Shown: one piece after another, positions 47,574 through 59,727 of the stretch
Numbering within the stretch: position 1 is the stretch's first letter
Layout of the letters: each line of letters opens with the position of its first letter
Assembly (NCBI GenBank): GCA_973895155.1
Contig: OZ316899.1
Location: 10,815,135-10,879,134 of the forward strand
Direction: 5' to 3'
DNA: 64,000 nucleotides
Source of the DNA: Marsupella aquatica
Lineage: Eukaryota; Plantae; Marchantiophyta
Program-made: the position numbers and the translations under genes
The notes under the pieces: generated by a model
Database searches by the model: none
Told to the model about the DNA's origin: nothing
What the model saw: the letters and a program-made list of their open reading frames with translations, nothing else

Positions 47574-50500
47574 CTACTTGTCCATCCTTTGGAGATAACT
47601 TTGGACAGTTTGTAGAACATTTCGAGGAATCTTCAAACCTCTGCCCGCCATGTTTTTTTCTTTCATGCCAGATTTAAAACCATACATTGCAGAATTTGCA
47701 TACTGCCAATGTTGAGCGTTCTCACCAAACCCTGGATCTTGTTCCCATGTCTTAGTGGACATTAAGCAGTTTAGATACCGTGCACTCTCAGTCACATCAA
47801 GTTTAGAGTGTTTAGGCCTCCACCATTCGACTGGAAACATTGGAGCATATTGTTGAGGCAGAGGAGGGTTTGTTAGAGATGTAGTTGGGACTTCATGCTT
47901 AGGGTCAACCGAACCCAAAGCTCTCACCAACCAGAAATGACCTCCACCATTGTTATTCTCCCAGTCATCCTCGGGTCGAAGAAATACAAAGTTCCCTTCA
48001 CAAATATCCTGTAGGGGAATCCACCGTCCTTGTTCTCTCTCAGCTTGAGATCCAAAAAATGGTGCCGCTTGATCTTCCATCTCTTCCAAGACCTCATTTT
48101 GAAGAGCCGTCATCTCCGCATTCTCCTCATCTTCACTTGGAGGACCACTTTGTTCCGGTTGGTTCACCTTGTAACCAGTGCCATGGTTAGTCTTAGGCCA
48201 AAATCCGTTTTTCAAGGGAAATTGAGTACTTTCCTCCCCTTCTAGTGCAAGCCCATTTGTCAACAACTCCACAATTCTCTCCCAATATTTCACAAGAGGA
48301 AATCTTTCCTTATATGCTATAGATGTCTCATCAGTGCAACTCCTTCTCAAAAAATCAAGGTACTTGGTAAGAAATGGGATAATCTCTTCAGATTTTTTGT
48401 GTATCTCTCCAATGGATTTAGCTAAGGGCTCTCCACTAGGTAAAAGAAGAGAATTTGTTGTAAAATTCCTGTTGCCCAAATGCACCTTCCACCAACTGGA
48501 GCCCAAGTTTGCTTTACATGGGACTTATACTGAAATATTGGTACATTATCTCTCATAGAGAAAAGAAATGATACGGGTTTTGAATGACCTTGAATATCTT
48601 TAACTTTGAAAGTTTGAAGATATTCTTTGTAAGATGCAACTTCTTGTATCAATCTGGGAACTGGATGAATGCTCTCACATTCCCAAACCTCTGCCATAAG
48701 AGCAAGGAGAGTTGCAACTTCCTTGTGCTGAACTTGATATGATACCTTTGAAAAGAGTGCATCAACATCTTCGTGTGTATGACCAACCATAAGAAAAGAC
48801 ATTTGAACAGTTTCAAATACTCCTCTACTCACAAGCTCACTACAAAATGCCATGACAGTCTGGTTTTTGTTATCCTTTGCTGAGTTATCCATTTGCAATG
48901 TTAGGTGCCTTGGCAAGGGCTTGAAAGATGGACTGCCTTGTTCCCCATGCATGTCCCCTCCTTGATCCTCACCATGTTGGGTGGAGACCGTCTCCGTCTG
49001 ACTCTCGACTGCATCTTCAGAACCAATATACCTATTCATTGGAATACTCTTTGGTTCCAAATATCCCTTAAAAAATGCATCAAAGTCAAGAAGGGCTTGA
49101 AAGAAAGGTCTACAAGGTTCCAAATAAAGGCCATCCAACATGTCACCTGTCTTGTCTCCATTGTACTCTTCAAGGTCTCGAAGACACTTAGTCAAGGATG
49201 TCACCGTGAAATCGGCATCTCCTGGCCAAAGGCTAGTGACACTAAAGTGTGCATAGATTCCTGGATCCCTTTCGTGGGTCAACATCCCTGTGAGAGCAAT
49301 AGGTAGCGGCATCCCATGACCCGAAAGTGATTTAGGAGTACTGACCATTTTTGGAATCCACGTCTTTGCTTGATCCATCTTGTCGTGAATGATGCAAAGA
49401 TATTCCCCTGGATGTTGCTTAGCCATCACTCGATGAGCATAGTAAACATATCTACATGACATTTGCTCACGAAGATGTTGCGCTCGTTTTTCTTCAATTT
49501 CAGCACGTTCTTTTTTCCTTCTTTCTCGCATCAAACTATCTTTGTATTCACAACAAAGAGTACACTTGGCAAATGCACCATCTTTATGGAAACTGAAGTT
49601 TGTGAATGATTTGCTCCAAATCTTGTACAGAGTATTCTCTATAACTGGAGGAAGCCCCTCTTCCTTCATCTTTGTTCTCACATCTTCCAAAATCTCCAGC
49701 TTCTTGTAACATGCTGGAAGACGATATTCAGTGAAGTCTGTCCCATGAGCCCCAACATAAGGTATATGAGGCATGGGCTCTGCATTTTGAGTCAAAAAAT
49801 CCTCCAACAAAGCTCGTGCATGCTAGGTATTTGACCTTGTTTTCATGGAGCCCGTGTTTCCATGGAACCCAATTTTGCAGCCCTCCACATATCTCCTTTT
49901 GTAGTCATAATATTTTGTGTGGCTAAAGCCATGGATGATTGCAAATGCATGTCTACATACGACCATACCCTTGAGAACATGGTGCCCCTTATCACGAACA
50001 TCATCTTCTCTGTAGTGGAAGAGGTTGAAAATGTGTGATGTTTTTGACTCACTAGACATCCCGTGAAATTCTATCCAAATATCTTCTATGTCTTCTCTTG
50101 GCATAGTCAGACAACATTTCTGCTTGCAACAATTCTCTCTTTTAATTTCATCAATCGAAGCTTCCGTTGTTTTTGAAATTGCCTTGGTTTCCAACAGCCT
50201 TCTCTTCTTTTCAATCGGATCTACATGAGTCCTCTTGTTGAAATTGTATGGCCTTGTGCGCAGCATTCCCCTATCATTTACATTTGGATAGAGATCATCC
50301 CTATCCACCGACTCCATCCTCTCTAAACCTTCAACCAAAATGTCCGACAAAAATTTCCCATTTGCAAGTAGTTTTGTTGAATCAATTCGCCACCGAACCA
50401 AAGTAATTACTCCCCTATGGAAGTTGGGAAAGTATTGTGATTCCACCACATCTTTCACAGCAATCCCTACATGGTCCTCACCAAGCATTTCATCGTCAAC

Positions 50501-51319
50501 CGCCGCCGTTTCTTGAGGCACAGTGATGGTCCCCGTGGCAACCCTATTGGTTTGATCTGAACCGATGTATAGTTCGACCAACTCTGACATCCAATTTGAC
50601 CGTTGGAAATAGTCACAATTAGTTTTAGAAATTTCAGCTGAGGGAGACTCCGCAACAAAACTCCGCTCTATGTTGATATCATCACCCGCATCCTTCTTTG
50701 AGAAACTCTTTCTACTTTGGACATCTGCCACGTCCCAGAGAACCCATGAGTCTTTTACCTCGTCAATTGTTTCAGCCCAACTGTGTTTGTAAGGTAAAAC
50801 CCTACTCCCATGAATGACATCAGTGACCCTCACACTGATCCGTGATTCACCAAGTAAAATGTTGTGACATCTTTCCATTGGATTTATATTGAAAACAACT
50901 CCAAGGGCTACACAACACCCAAAGATGAACATTTCAACCTCATCCCCTTGCCTCGGAGTGGTCGATGAGTCCTCCTCTACAATTGGATTTTTCTCCAAAT
51001 TACTCTCGGGTCTATTTGAACAACTACCTACACTAATGCGTTTTTGAGAATTTGTTGTCGTTGATAGATATGCGCAAGACAAATCCCAAATAACGCAAGA
51101 ATCAATGGCATCAAAAAGGTTTTCTGCCCGAGGCATCGGAAATGGTAGTTTTGTGGTTCGGTCAAAAACTTTCTCAATGAGAACTCCCATTCGATTCTCT
51201 CTCAACAATATCTTTTGAACACTATCTTGCAGGTTGACTTTTTGAACTGTCCCGCTCGCAACATCGTAACCATCATTTGTCAATATCACATTGTCTCCTC
51301 TCAAAAATATTCTGGTCAT
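47574..51319 (-). pseudogene. Sola-type DDD transposase with three N-terminal Tnp1/EnSpm-like repeats; one in-frame stop (49823-5) and one frameshift (~48510)
   Basis: AKCTLCCEYK..HLREQ..IIHDKMDQ; LQMDNSAKDNKN; FLMVGHTHEDVDALFS. N-terminus has three copies of 'VA.G.V.....LG.....V....V......LP........W'. Confidence 0.8.
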
Positions 51320-52979
51320 TCCTACAACGTATTCACCTGCACAATTTTAAATGTAAAGTATTAGTTAAGAATGGTCCCAACTAGGAAGCACATAGGTGTC
51401 AACCCTCTCCAAGGACAGTGCGCATATCGGGATTATCCCCATCAAGCAAAATAATAGGTCCCCAAAAAATTCCTATCTAGCCCTAAGATCCCTGGTCCCA
51501 ATTTAGACATCGGATAGGGCCCTGTCCAAATGGTGGACAGGGATCAAACGACGGATATGGTCTGTCAATGTCCAAACGGCGAACAAGGATCATCCCTGCC
51601 TAAACGGCGGATAGTGTCTGTCACTGTCCAAAAGGCGGACACGCCTGATCCCTGTCCACATGGTGGATCGGGTCTATTCCCTGTCCAAACAACGGACAAG
51701 GATGATTCAAGGAAACTTTTCATATTGGGGTCCAATCAATACAAATACCTCAAACGGCGGACAGGGATCATCCGGAGAATGACCGCGGACACGGATCCCT
51801 ATTGAAAGGATGGACAAGGATCATCCCTATCAAAACGACGGACAGGGACCACCCCTATCCAAACGGTGGATAGGGATCATCCCTATCCAAATGGCGGACA
51901 GGGATCATCCCCATCCAAACGGCGAATACAGATCATTATCCAACTAGAGGATCCAAACTATAGAGGATCCAATAAAGTGCTATAGTTCATATGGTCCTCT
52001 ACAGTCCTCTACGGTGGACAAGGATCATCCCTATCCAAATAGCAAATAGGGATGACCCCTGTACGGACAATTGACTCTACACAGTAATTTAATGTTTGAG
52101 CAAAGAACGGTTGGATTGAGATGATCCCAATCGTGAGTTGGGCTGGGATTTTTTCACTTCAACCTTAACTTAGATATAGTAATTCCTAAATTTGCGGATA
52201 TCAATGGAATATGCTACAATTCTATAATTAGGTTTAAAGTTACCTGTAATGGAAATGATTCCTGAACCCAAAACTCAATTTAGTTTATGTTGTCAAACCA
52301 AGGATTAAAATACTGTGTTGACTGGGTAGTTATCAGTAACCTGGTAAACTAAATGCTTCAGGGGTGTGGAAGAAATTAAAACTAGATGTTCTGTCTAGAA
52401 AACAAGAGTGTCTCAATGGGGCTCCGTAATGAACGGACCTGGTTGAGGAACTGAACGAAAATCTAGAAATGAAAATACCAAATGAGGACCAGCCGGACAA
52501 GTATCTTATACCAGCTGTTGAAGATTGCCCTTATGGATAAGGCGATGCGTGATCAGCCTTAAGCAACGGCGAGTGGATTAGGTCGGGCGGCGCACTTTAG
52601 GGCAGCCGTGCATTTAGGGTTTTCCACTCGCCTTGGCCTCCCACGTGTTCAGTGTGCCTTGCCTTGCCTCGGGGGGGGGTAAAGGAGGCAGGAGGTCCCA
52701 CTTGGGCCTCATTCTTCATTCCCTCCTCGCTCCTCGCTCGCTCTCCTCCTCGCTCGCTCTCCTCCCTCCTCCGTTCGCTCCTCCTCTTCTCCACTCCTGC
52801 TCTTGCGCTCCTTCGCTCGCTCCTCCGCCTCATTTGCTTCCAATCTCCTTTGCTCCGACGCCTCCGCACTCCTCCACTCTGCCTCCGCACTAAAGGTTAT
52901 CCCCATAGCCGCCACGTTAATTGCCCTAGATCTAACGCTCTGCAATCCTCCACATGTCCATAAGGCCATGTGTCACACG

Positions 52980-55900
52980 ATGGAGCCATCCAGACCTATT
53001 CCAGTGTGTCTCATCAGTGAGCCAACAGAGGAGACAGACCTCTCATCCATTGAGGACGTGGTAGAGACGGCCCTCGAGGATTCTAGAGCCTTTCAATCGC
53101 TCAATCCAAGTGAGTATCCCAGTAACAAGTTGAATATTTGTGTGGTGGACAGAGATGATCCCTGTCCAAGTAGAGTCCAAATAGAAGATAGTGATCTTTA
53201 TTAGGAATTGGACAGAGATGATCTCTATCCAAATGGATGGAGATCATCCCTGTCCAATTGCATAGATATCATTTATTTCCAAACTGACAATAGAGGATGT
53301 CCTATCAGACGATGCTGAGGACCTTTATTAGGAATTGGATAGAGATGATCCCTGTCCAAGTAGAGGATAGAGATGATCCCTGTCCAATTCATAATAACGA
53401 TCGTTTTTTTTCATCGAACAGAGATGATCTTTATTACAAATTGGACAGAGATGATCCCTGTCCAATTCGTAATAACGATCGTCAGTATCCTCTCATCGAA
53501 CAGAGATGATCTTTATTACAAATTGGACAGAGATGATCCCTGTCCAATTCGTAATAACGATCGTCAGTATCCTCTCATCGAACAGAGATGATCTTTATTA
53601 CAAATTGGACAGAGATGATCCCTGTCCAATTCGTAATAACGATCGTCAGTATCCTCTCATCGAACAGAGATGGTCTTTATTACAAATTGGACAGAGATGA
53701 TTCATGTCCAAGTAGAGGATAGAGATGATCCCTCTCCAATTTTTGTCAATTACGAAAGTAAGATTTCCAAACTAATATGCCTGGATGGGACTATTGTAGG
53801 GAGCTATCTAAATGCATTGAAACCACAAATTTCAGACGCAGATTGCTCCGAGGGAGTCTTGTTGGAGCAGAGCAGAGAAGATTTTCGTTGGGGCCTTGAG
53901 TTCTCCAGAGTTGATTTTGATTTCCTTAGCACGTCAACGAGACGGGATCCCATTTTGTGCATAAAGGTCAGAACTGCAGATTAGGAGACTCTTGTACTCG
54001 GACCTGTAGTCTTCATTGGAATTGAAGGAAGAGGGTTTGTTTCCGTCATTCTTGAGCTCCATGAAAGGATACGATGGGTTAAACTACATCTACCATCAAA
54101 ATCGTATTCTTCAGAATTCAATGTTGAGTGGTCTGCAGCTGGAGAACTTGGCGTGTTGGCAATGGGCTTTTTCCCTAAGTTGTATTCAACTCAAAAGGTG
54201 ACTACTGGAGTGAAGGGGATTCTTCCACTTGACATCATGTATGGGTTTCAATATGTGAAGCTGAATATGCATAAACACCAAGGGAATTATACATTTCCGG
54301 TGACATGGATTTTAAATAATTTGCTTGACAAGGCAGGATTCCTATTTTCGGAATCAGGTGTTTTCCTTGACAAGAAAATTGCATTTGCGGAGGAGTTTGC
54401 AATGGATAATGCGAAAAAGTGGGTAGAATCATTACCCAAGCCTACAAGTGTTGCACCAGTAGTGGTGAACAAGCCTACAAATGTTGCACCAGTAGTGGTG
54501 AACAAGCCTCCAGTAGTTGTTAACAAAGAAGTTCCGAAGCCTAGAAAAATATCTCAGGAGACAACAACCGGGACTGCAGGAACAACGGTCGGGATAACCT
54601 CCAAACAAGTGGTAGGGAAGCAAAGACAAAGAGAGAGGAAGGAGCGTGAGAAAACTGAGACACTGCCAAAGGAACCCGAGAAGAAGCCAGTAAAGAAGAA
54701 ACAGAAAACTGACAAGACTATTGCGCGATCAACTCCGACGGCCGTACAGATGCTCCCAGAGGATGAGGGAGACAAACTTGATGCCCCGGAGGAGAAGAAG
54801 GTCTTAGAAGGGAATGATGTTCTCCAAAGAATAGAGCAGTACTATACTTTTGGGATAAATGAAATATTTTCTATTCCAGTGGAGAAAATTTATCCTGCTC
54901 CGGCAAGGTTATGTTACAGGATGCTCAACAGTGCCCATGTGAAGCACATAGCCGAATCCATGGTGAAAGACCCTGGACATGAACCTCACGTTGTGGACCT
55001 TCTTCCTTACAATCCGAAGCTTAGAAAGCTGCTTCATTTTGATAGCACAGAGAACGACCGCAAAGACCTTCTTGCAGGAGTGAAGAAAGGCGAGATTGTT
55101 TTCCTTGCCGTCAGTGGGCAACATTCTGCTAGGGCGGCCAAATGGGTTCTTGAGTGGGCCGAAACTGATGCCAAGCTCACAGTTTTGGCAAAAAAGCTAA
55201 AATATAGGAAGGCTAGATTATTGTCAGACCTTATGCCATCGACTATACTGGTTGAGCACTCAATGAGATCAAATGCCATCAATTCTTCGATGGTGTTTCA
55301 ATCGTGCTTCAAAGATACAATTGTTCATGCAAGAAAACAATTCCTTGAAACTGGAAGACCAAGAAAGCCAAAGCACGGGGACAACAAATCAAACGCCCAA
55401 GACAATCAGAAATTTCAGGTGAGTTCTTGTTTGGACAGAGATGGTCTCTGTCCAAGAGTGTGACCTTTGGTTACGTTGATTTTTGTTCAATATATTTTGG
55501 GTTATGACTTGGATGGAGATGGTCTCTGTCCAAGAGTGAGACCTTCCATTCTGTAGATTTTACTTCATTCTACTTTTGGTTATGGCTTGGACGGAGATGG
55601 TCTCTGTCCAAGCAAGCGATTGTGTGTTGTCAAATCTCATTGATTGTAGATAACTTACAACATTCTCCCTAATTTTTGACTGTAGGATTATCTGGCATTG
55701 GCAAGGATGACCATGGGGAGAAAAGACTTGAAAAATGTATATTGGTTACTTTTTGCCGACAATGATCTTTTCGAGTTATGGCGGTTAGTGTGCCAGATGT
55801 GGATGGATGGAAAACTTCCTGATGGGGCAGGTACACAGGGAAACAAAAGGTCCGAAAAGGCGATAACCGTCGCCATGTTTCGTTGTTTTGATGGTGAAAT

Positions 55901-58051
55901 CTCAAATAGATATTTGACCAGAATTTTGAACAAGGTGAAGTCGGGTCAGATTTTATTGAAGAAAGATCCGACTAATAAGTCAGATGTTCCAGCAATGGAG
56001 GAGTTTGCAAAGGAGGTGAAGATATTGATCAAATTGAAGTCTCTTATTGGAGATTACTACTTCAAGAAGGATCCAAAACACTTCCCAGCAGATACTGATT
56101 GGGCTAAAGTGATTGAAGTCTTCCCATTATTGGGTCCCGATTCGGAGTTGAACAGGTGCCGAAGAGCAGCTGGCGATGTATGGTTGACAAATTTGTTGAA
56201 GTCAAATCATACAAAGGAGAGTGAGATATTGCCAATGACATTGGTGATGCGTCTAGATGATATTTACTGTCAAAAGTTTGGCGGTGGGACAAGTTCTCGG
56301 ACCCAGCCGTGGGTCACATTTTTTAGTAACAACCTAATGAAGACTATGGATCCGGAGTCGTTGGAAGAACAATCTCCAACATGCCCTCTTGCAATTGTTG
56401 ATTTCAGACGACTTCAGCAAAAAGAGTGGACTGAAGTAGAGATTTTGGTCCTCTTCCAATATATAGTAGAGCTACCACGAAATCCTACCATTGTTGTGAT
56501 GATAACTGTCCATCCGGGTTATCTTGTACTGAATGTCCTAAGCGCTCTTCGTAAATTAGGACATTCAAAAACTCTGAGTATTCACATTGAGTATGGGAGT
56601 TATTACCGAGACGATCAACCTCACCCTCAAGACTCATGTTGGAAGGGAGGAATAGAAGAAGTTATCTTTGCCGGAATTTCTTGCGAGGAGAACGTCAGCT
56701 GGGATGAAGTGTTCAAGCCCAACCAAATGAAGCCAAAATGGGTGTACGGTGAAAAGGATACTGATTTTGTGGTTGAGAAGGTCAAGGGAAAGGGAAAGGC
56801 CAAGGACGCAGACAAGGAGTCATTGCATGAAGATCTAAAAAATATGATGACCCCAGAAGAGGCGGCAATCCTTCTGCACATGGCACCTTGATTTGAGACT
56901 GTCGGCGCTCGGGGTGGGTGGGTGAATCCTCACGCCAAACCCACACGGATGATCCAAAAGATCATCCAAACACTGTCCGAGCCGGGGGATTTGATTCTTG
57001 ACTTTTTCTCTGGCGGTCAAGTGATGAAGGCATCCCTTTTTGCTCAATGTGAATGTTTTGTTTATTGTGACTCTCAACATGAGAGACATTTTGTGGAAGC
57101 ATACGCTTCGTTCCTTTGTGAGAAGGTTCCCACCATCAAAGATCGTTATGATCGCTATGTCGGTGGAAGTTCTAGACATTGGGAACCCTCTTTTGCCGCT
57201 GTTGCTATTGAGGATGAATCAGATGGTGATCAAGAAGATGGAGCTGACCAATCAGTCAAAGACGATGGGCCATCGGAGGCATACGTGAAGAATTTGGATG
57301 ACCGAGTTGGCAAGGGTGAAAATATTGACCTTGTGGAAGACGATATGATTGATCTGCACCTTGCAGTTCACCAATTACAGATGTTGCCCCCATGGGCCCC
57401 AACGAGGGCCAATATGATGATAACTTGGATAGAGATGGTCTCCAACCACAAGTGCTTGGACAAGAGATGGAAGTTGATACTTTTGAAAAACTTTCTTCAA
57501 ACAACCTTCTCAATCAAGGTGCGGAGAGGCATGGTGAGTTCAATGAACTCGACACATTGGGATTGAGACCACAGCCCATCCAAATAGCTGACATTCCCGT
57601 GAATGAAGCAAGTGCATCCACGACTGCTGACAACCAGGCAGGTGCTTCAATTTGTCCCGGTACACTCTTTTCCGCTTCTGATGACAAATTGGTGTTTGTT
57701 CAATCACAATCAAGAAGTCCCGTTATCCTTCCACTCTCAAAAAAGAAAGGGAAGAGAGTAGGATCAACTGGATATAAGTCACTTGAATATGATTGTCGAT
57801 GTTACGTGTGGAAAAGTGGACCCAATGTAGGAACTGAAGTTGCGTTGGATGCTGCTGAATCAATTTTGAACAATGACTCGTACAAAAAGCACAAGAAAGA
57901 TCCAACTTATAGAAGTGGAGAATTGGGATTGATAACTCCGGTTTGGTCTGCACCTTATTGGGTAGAGGAGAGTACCTCCGATGTCAATTATGAGATCCAA
58001 CAAGAACTCGGTCATGATATCTTGATTGATGAATATGGATCGCATTGTTAG
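52980..58051 (+). pseudogene. Sola accessory gene: ParB/Srx-like + beta-class N4C/N6A methyltransferase-like domains; spliced (intron 55419-55685), stop at 56889, frameshifts; 5' exons uncertain
   Basis: FSIPVEKIYP..CYRML...HVKHIAESM...FLAVSGQHSARAAK (ParB-like); VNPHAKPTRMIQKIIQTLSEPGDLILDFFSGG matches the amino-MTase signature HPxxKP..L...I...S.PGD.VLDPF.G.G. Confidence 0.75.
53441..53705. repeat. 82-bp tandem repeat (3 near-perfect units + partial), each carrying the palindrome
   Basis: Units start at 53441, 53523, 53605, 53687; a diverged unit precedes them. Confidence 0.9.
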
Positions 58052-58210
58052 CCAAGGTCTAGATTGAGCAATGTGACCTTATCAATTTGATATAATATAG
58101 TCTGTATAATTATACTTCAAGTTTAACAATTAGAGCATCAGTATCAATAAGTATCCATCTCCTCTTTACGGTTTCTCAATGAATCTGATCAGTATGCAGA
58201 TATATTTTCT

Positions 58211-59344
58211 TTGTGGTTGGCTACTTGTGTTGGATTGACAGAGATGATCTCTATCCAAACTTCAAATGTGGTTTTATCTCTAAGATTGGTATTTGTTGCA
58301 CTTGCAGAACCAAGACCTTGTTCCATCAAGCGCAAATTGCTGATTTTGGATCTTAACAAAATACTTTGGGATTCAGTTGAATTCCAAAGCAAGGGCAAAT
58401 CCAGAAATGTTGTGATCCCAAGTGGAGTGCATTGGGATAGAAAAAATGGAATTAGTCGCATGTACACAGAAAGGCCAGGGCTCCATGAGTTTCTAAAGTT
58501 GGTTTTTGACCGATTTGACGTTGCAATTTGGACATGTGTTGGGGTACATCGAACAGTGAAAATGCTGAACATGATGTTCACTGCTGAGGAGCGGTTGAAA
58601 CTTAAGTTTGTATTCACACAGGTGGAAGCCTTTGACACAGGCATTCAAAGGCGTGACATTACAAACGGAAAGGCAAATGTGCTACTGAAGGATTTTCGGG
58701 TGGTATGGAGTGGATTTGGAAATCTATATGATGAAACCAACACCCTCCTTGTGGATGACTCCCCCCTTAAGGCATTTGCCAACCCAAGCATGACCGGACT
58801 ATTTCCAGTGCCCTACACGCATGCCAATGGTGGAGATAATTTTCTTCTAACAATTCTTTGGCCTTGTCTTGAGAAACTATCCCATGCAAGTGACATTAGA
58901 TGTTATCTTCTTCTTAACTCTCCACTGTGGTCTCTATTGCACATAAAGAGAGACAAGGTAAAAAATGAAATTGCTTATGATCAACTTAGTAAGAGATGTG
59001 CAACAAAAATTTGGAAGTCACAGTTTACGCATAGTGTGTTGGACCTCAATAGCAATGAGATTCCTTGGAACGTGAAGCATCGTATATGTAGTTTACGTCC
59101 TGAGGCAGAACTTGACGATGCACTTGTCACGTCACTTGCTAAAGCATTTGTAGGAAGGGACTATTCAGGTCCGCATAGAGAAAATCCCAGACACTTTTTG
59201 CAGGAGATTATAGCCATTAGGAACAACACCACCAAGTTTCAGCTCCCTGAAGATAAAGGGACTTGCAATCGTGACACTAGGGTAGATAGTAAAGGAGACA
59301 GGGGCACGTGCTCAAATACACATTGTAAGGAGCACTTTGTTTAG
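58211..59344 (+). CDS. FCP1/SCP (NIF) family HAD phosphatase-like protein carried by the Sola-like element
   Basis: KLLILDLNKIL, RPGLHEFL..VFDRFDVAIWT, LKDF..VW, NTLLVDDSP.K...NP. A likely acceptor at ~58307 means the true start may be an upstream exon. Confidence 0.85.
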   Translation: MWLATCVGLTEMISIQTSNVVLSLRLVFVALAEPRPCSIKRKLLILDLNKILWDSVEFQSKGKSRNVVIPSGVHWDRKNGISRMYTERPGLHEFLKLVFDRFDVAIWTCVGVHRTVKMLNMMFTAEERLKLKFVFTQVEAFDTGIQRRDITNGKANVLLKDFRVVWSGFGNLYDETNTLLVDDSPLKAFANPSMTGLFPVPYTHANGGDNFLLTILWPCLEKLSHASDIRCYLLLNSPLWSLLHIKRDKVKNEIAYDQLSKRCATKIWKSQFTHSVLDLNSNEIPWNVKHRICSLRPEAELDDALVTSLAKAFVGRDYSGPHRENPRHFLQEIIAIRNNTTKFQLPEDKGTCNRDTRVDSKGDRGTCSNTHCKEHFV

Positions 59345-59727
59345 AGATATGACTCATGTTAAGCCCCTTAGATAGAAGAAATACATTGTAAATTTGGAGA
59401 TAATTATATATTATTTTATAATCTATTTGGAGTTATGTCATTTTGTTCACACATATTCAAGGGTTTATTTGTGCTGAAATGTTTTTATAAGTATGATCTC
59501 TATCCTACTATTCTTTGTGAATTCATAAATAATTATCTCTATCCTATTATTCTTTGTGAATCAATAAATGATATAATATGCATTATTTATTAATATAATA
59601 CTAATATGATTTGGCCTATAAAGTGTACATTTGGGTTTCTTAAAGTGTACATTTGGGGACATGAAAGTGTACATTTCAAGACTGATTTGTGAACAAAAGA
59701 AAATACACTTTTAATGAATAGGCTGAT

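Larger units (their letters stand above)
50286..58258. repeat. Dispersed 21-bp palindrome GGACAGRGATNATCYCTGTCC, >20 copies confined to the Sola-like element
   Basis: Clusters at 51510-52065 and 53147-53740, three copies in the 55419-55685 intron, one at ~58236, and one inside the transposase CDS at 50286. Confidence 0.9.
47035..59727 (-). mobile_element. Sola-like cut-and-paste DNA transposon, 12.7 kb, with cargo genes
   Basis: Perfect 26-bp TIR ATCAGCCTATTCATTAAAAGTGTATT (47035-60, 59702-27) and 4-bp TSD ATAA (alternatively CAG..CTG ends with a shorter TSD). Interrupts the Copia gag-PR junction. Confidence 0.9.

Noticed and set aside
52597-52969. Low-complexity ORFs (Arg/Glu- or Leu/Ser-rich)
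   Set aside because: CT-rich promoter/5' UTR-like sequence; the ORFs are compositional artefacts.
53336-53740. CRISPR-like array (palindromic repeat at regular spacing)
   Set aside because: The intervening sequences are identical rather than unique spacers, there are no cas genes, and the context is a eukaryotic TE. It is an 82-bp tandem repeat.
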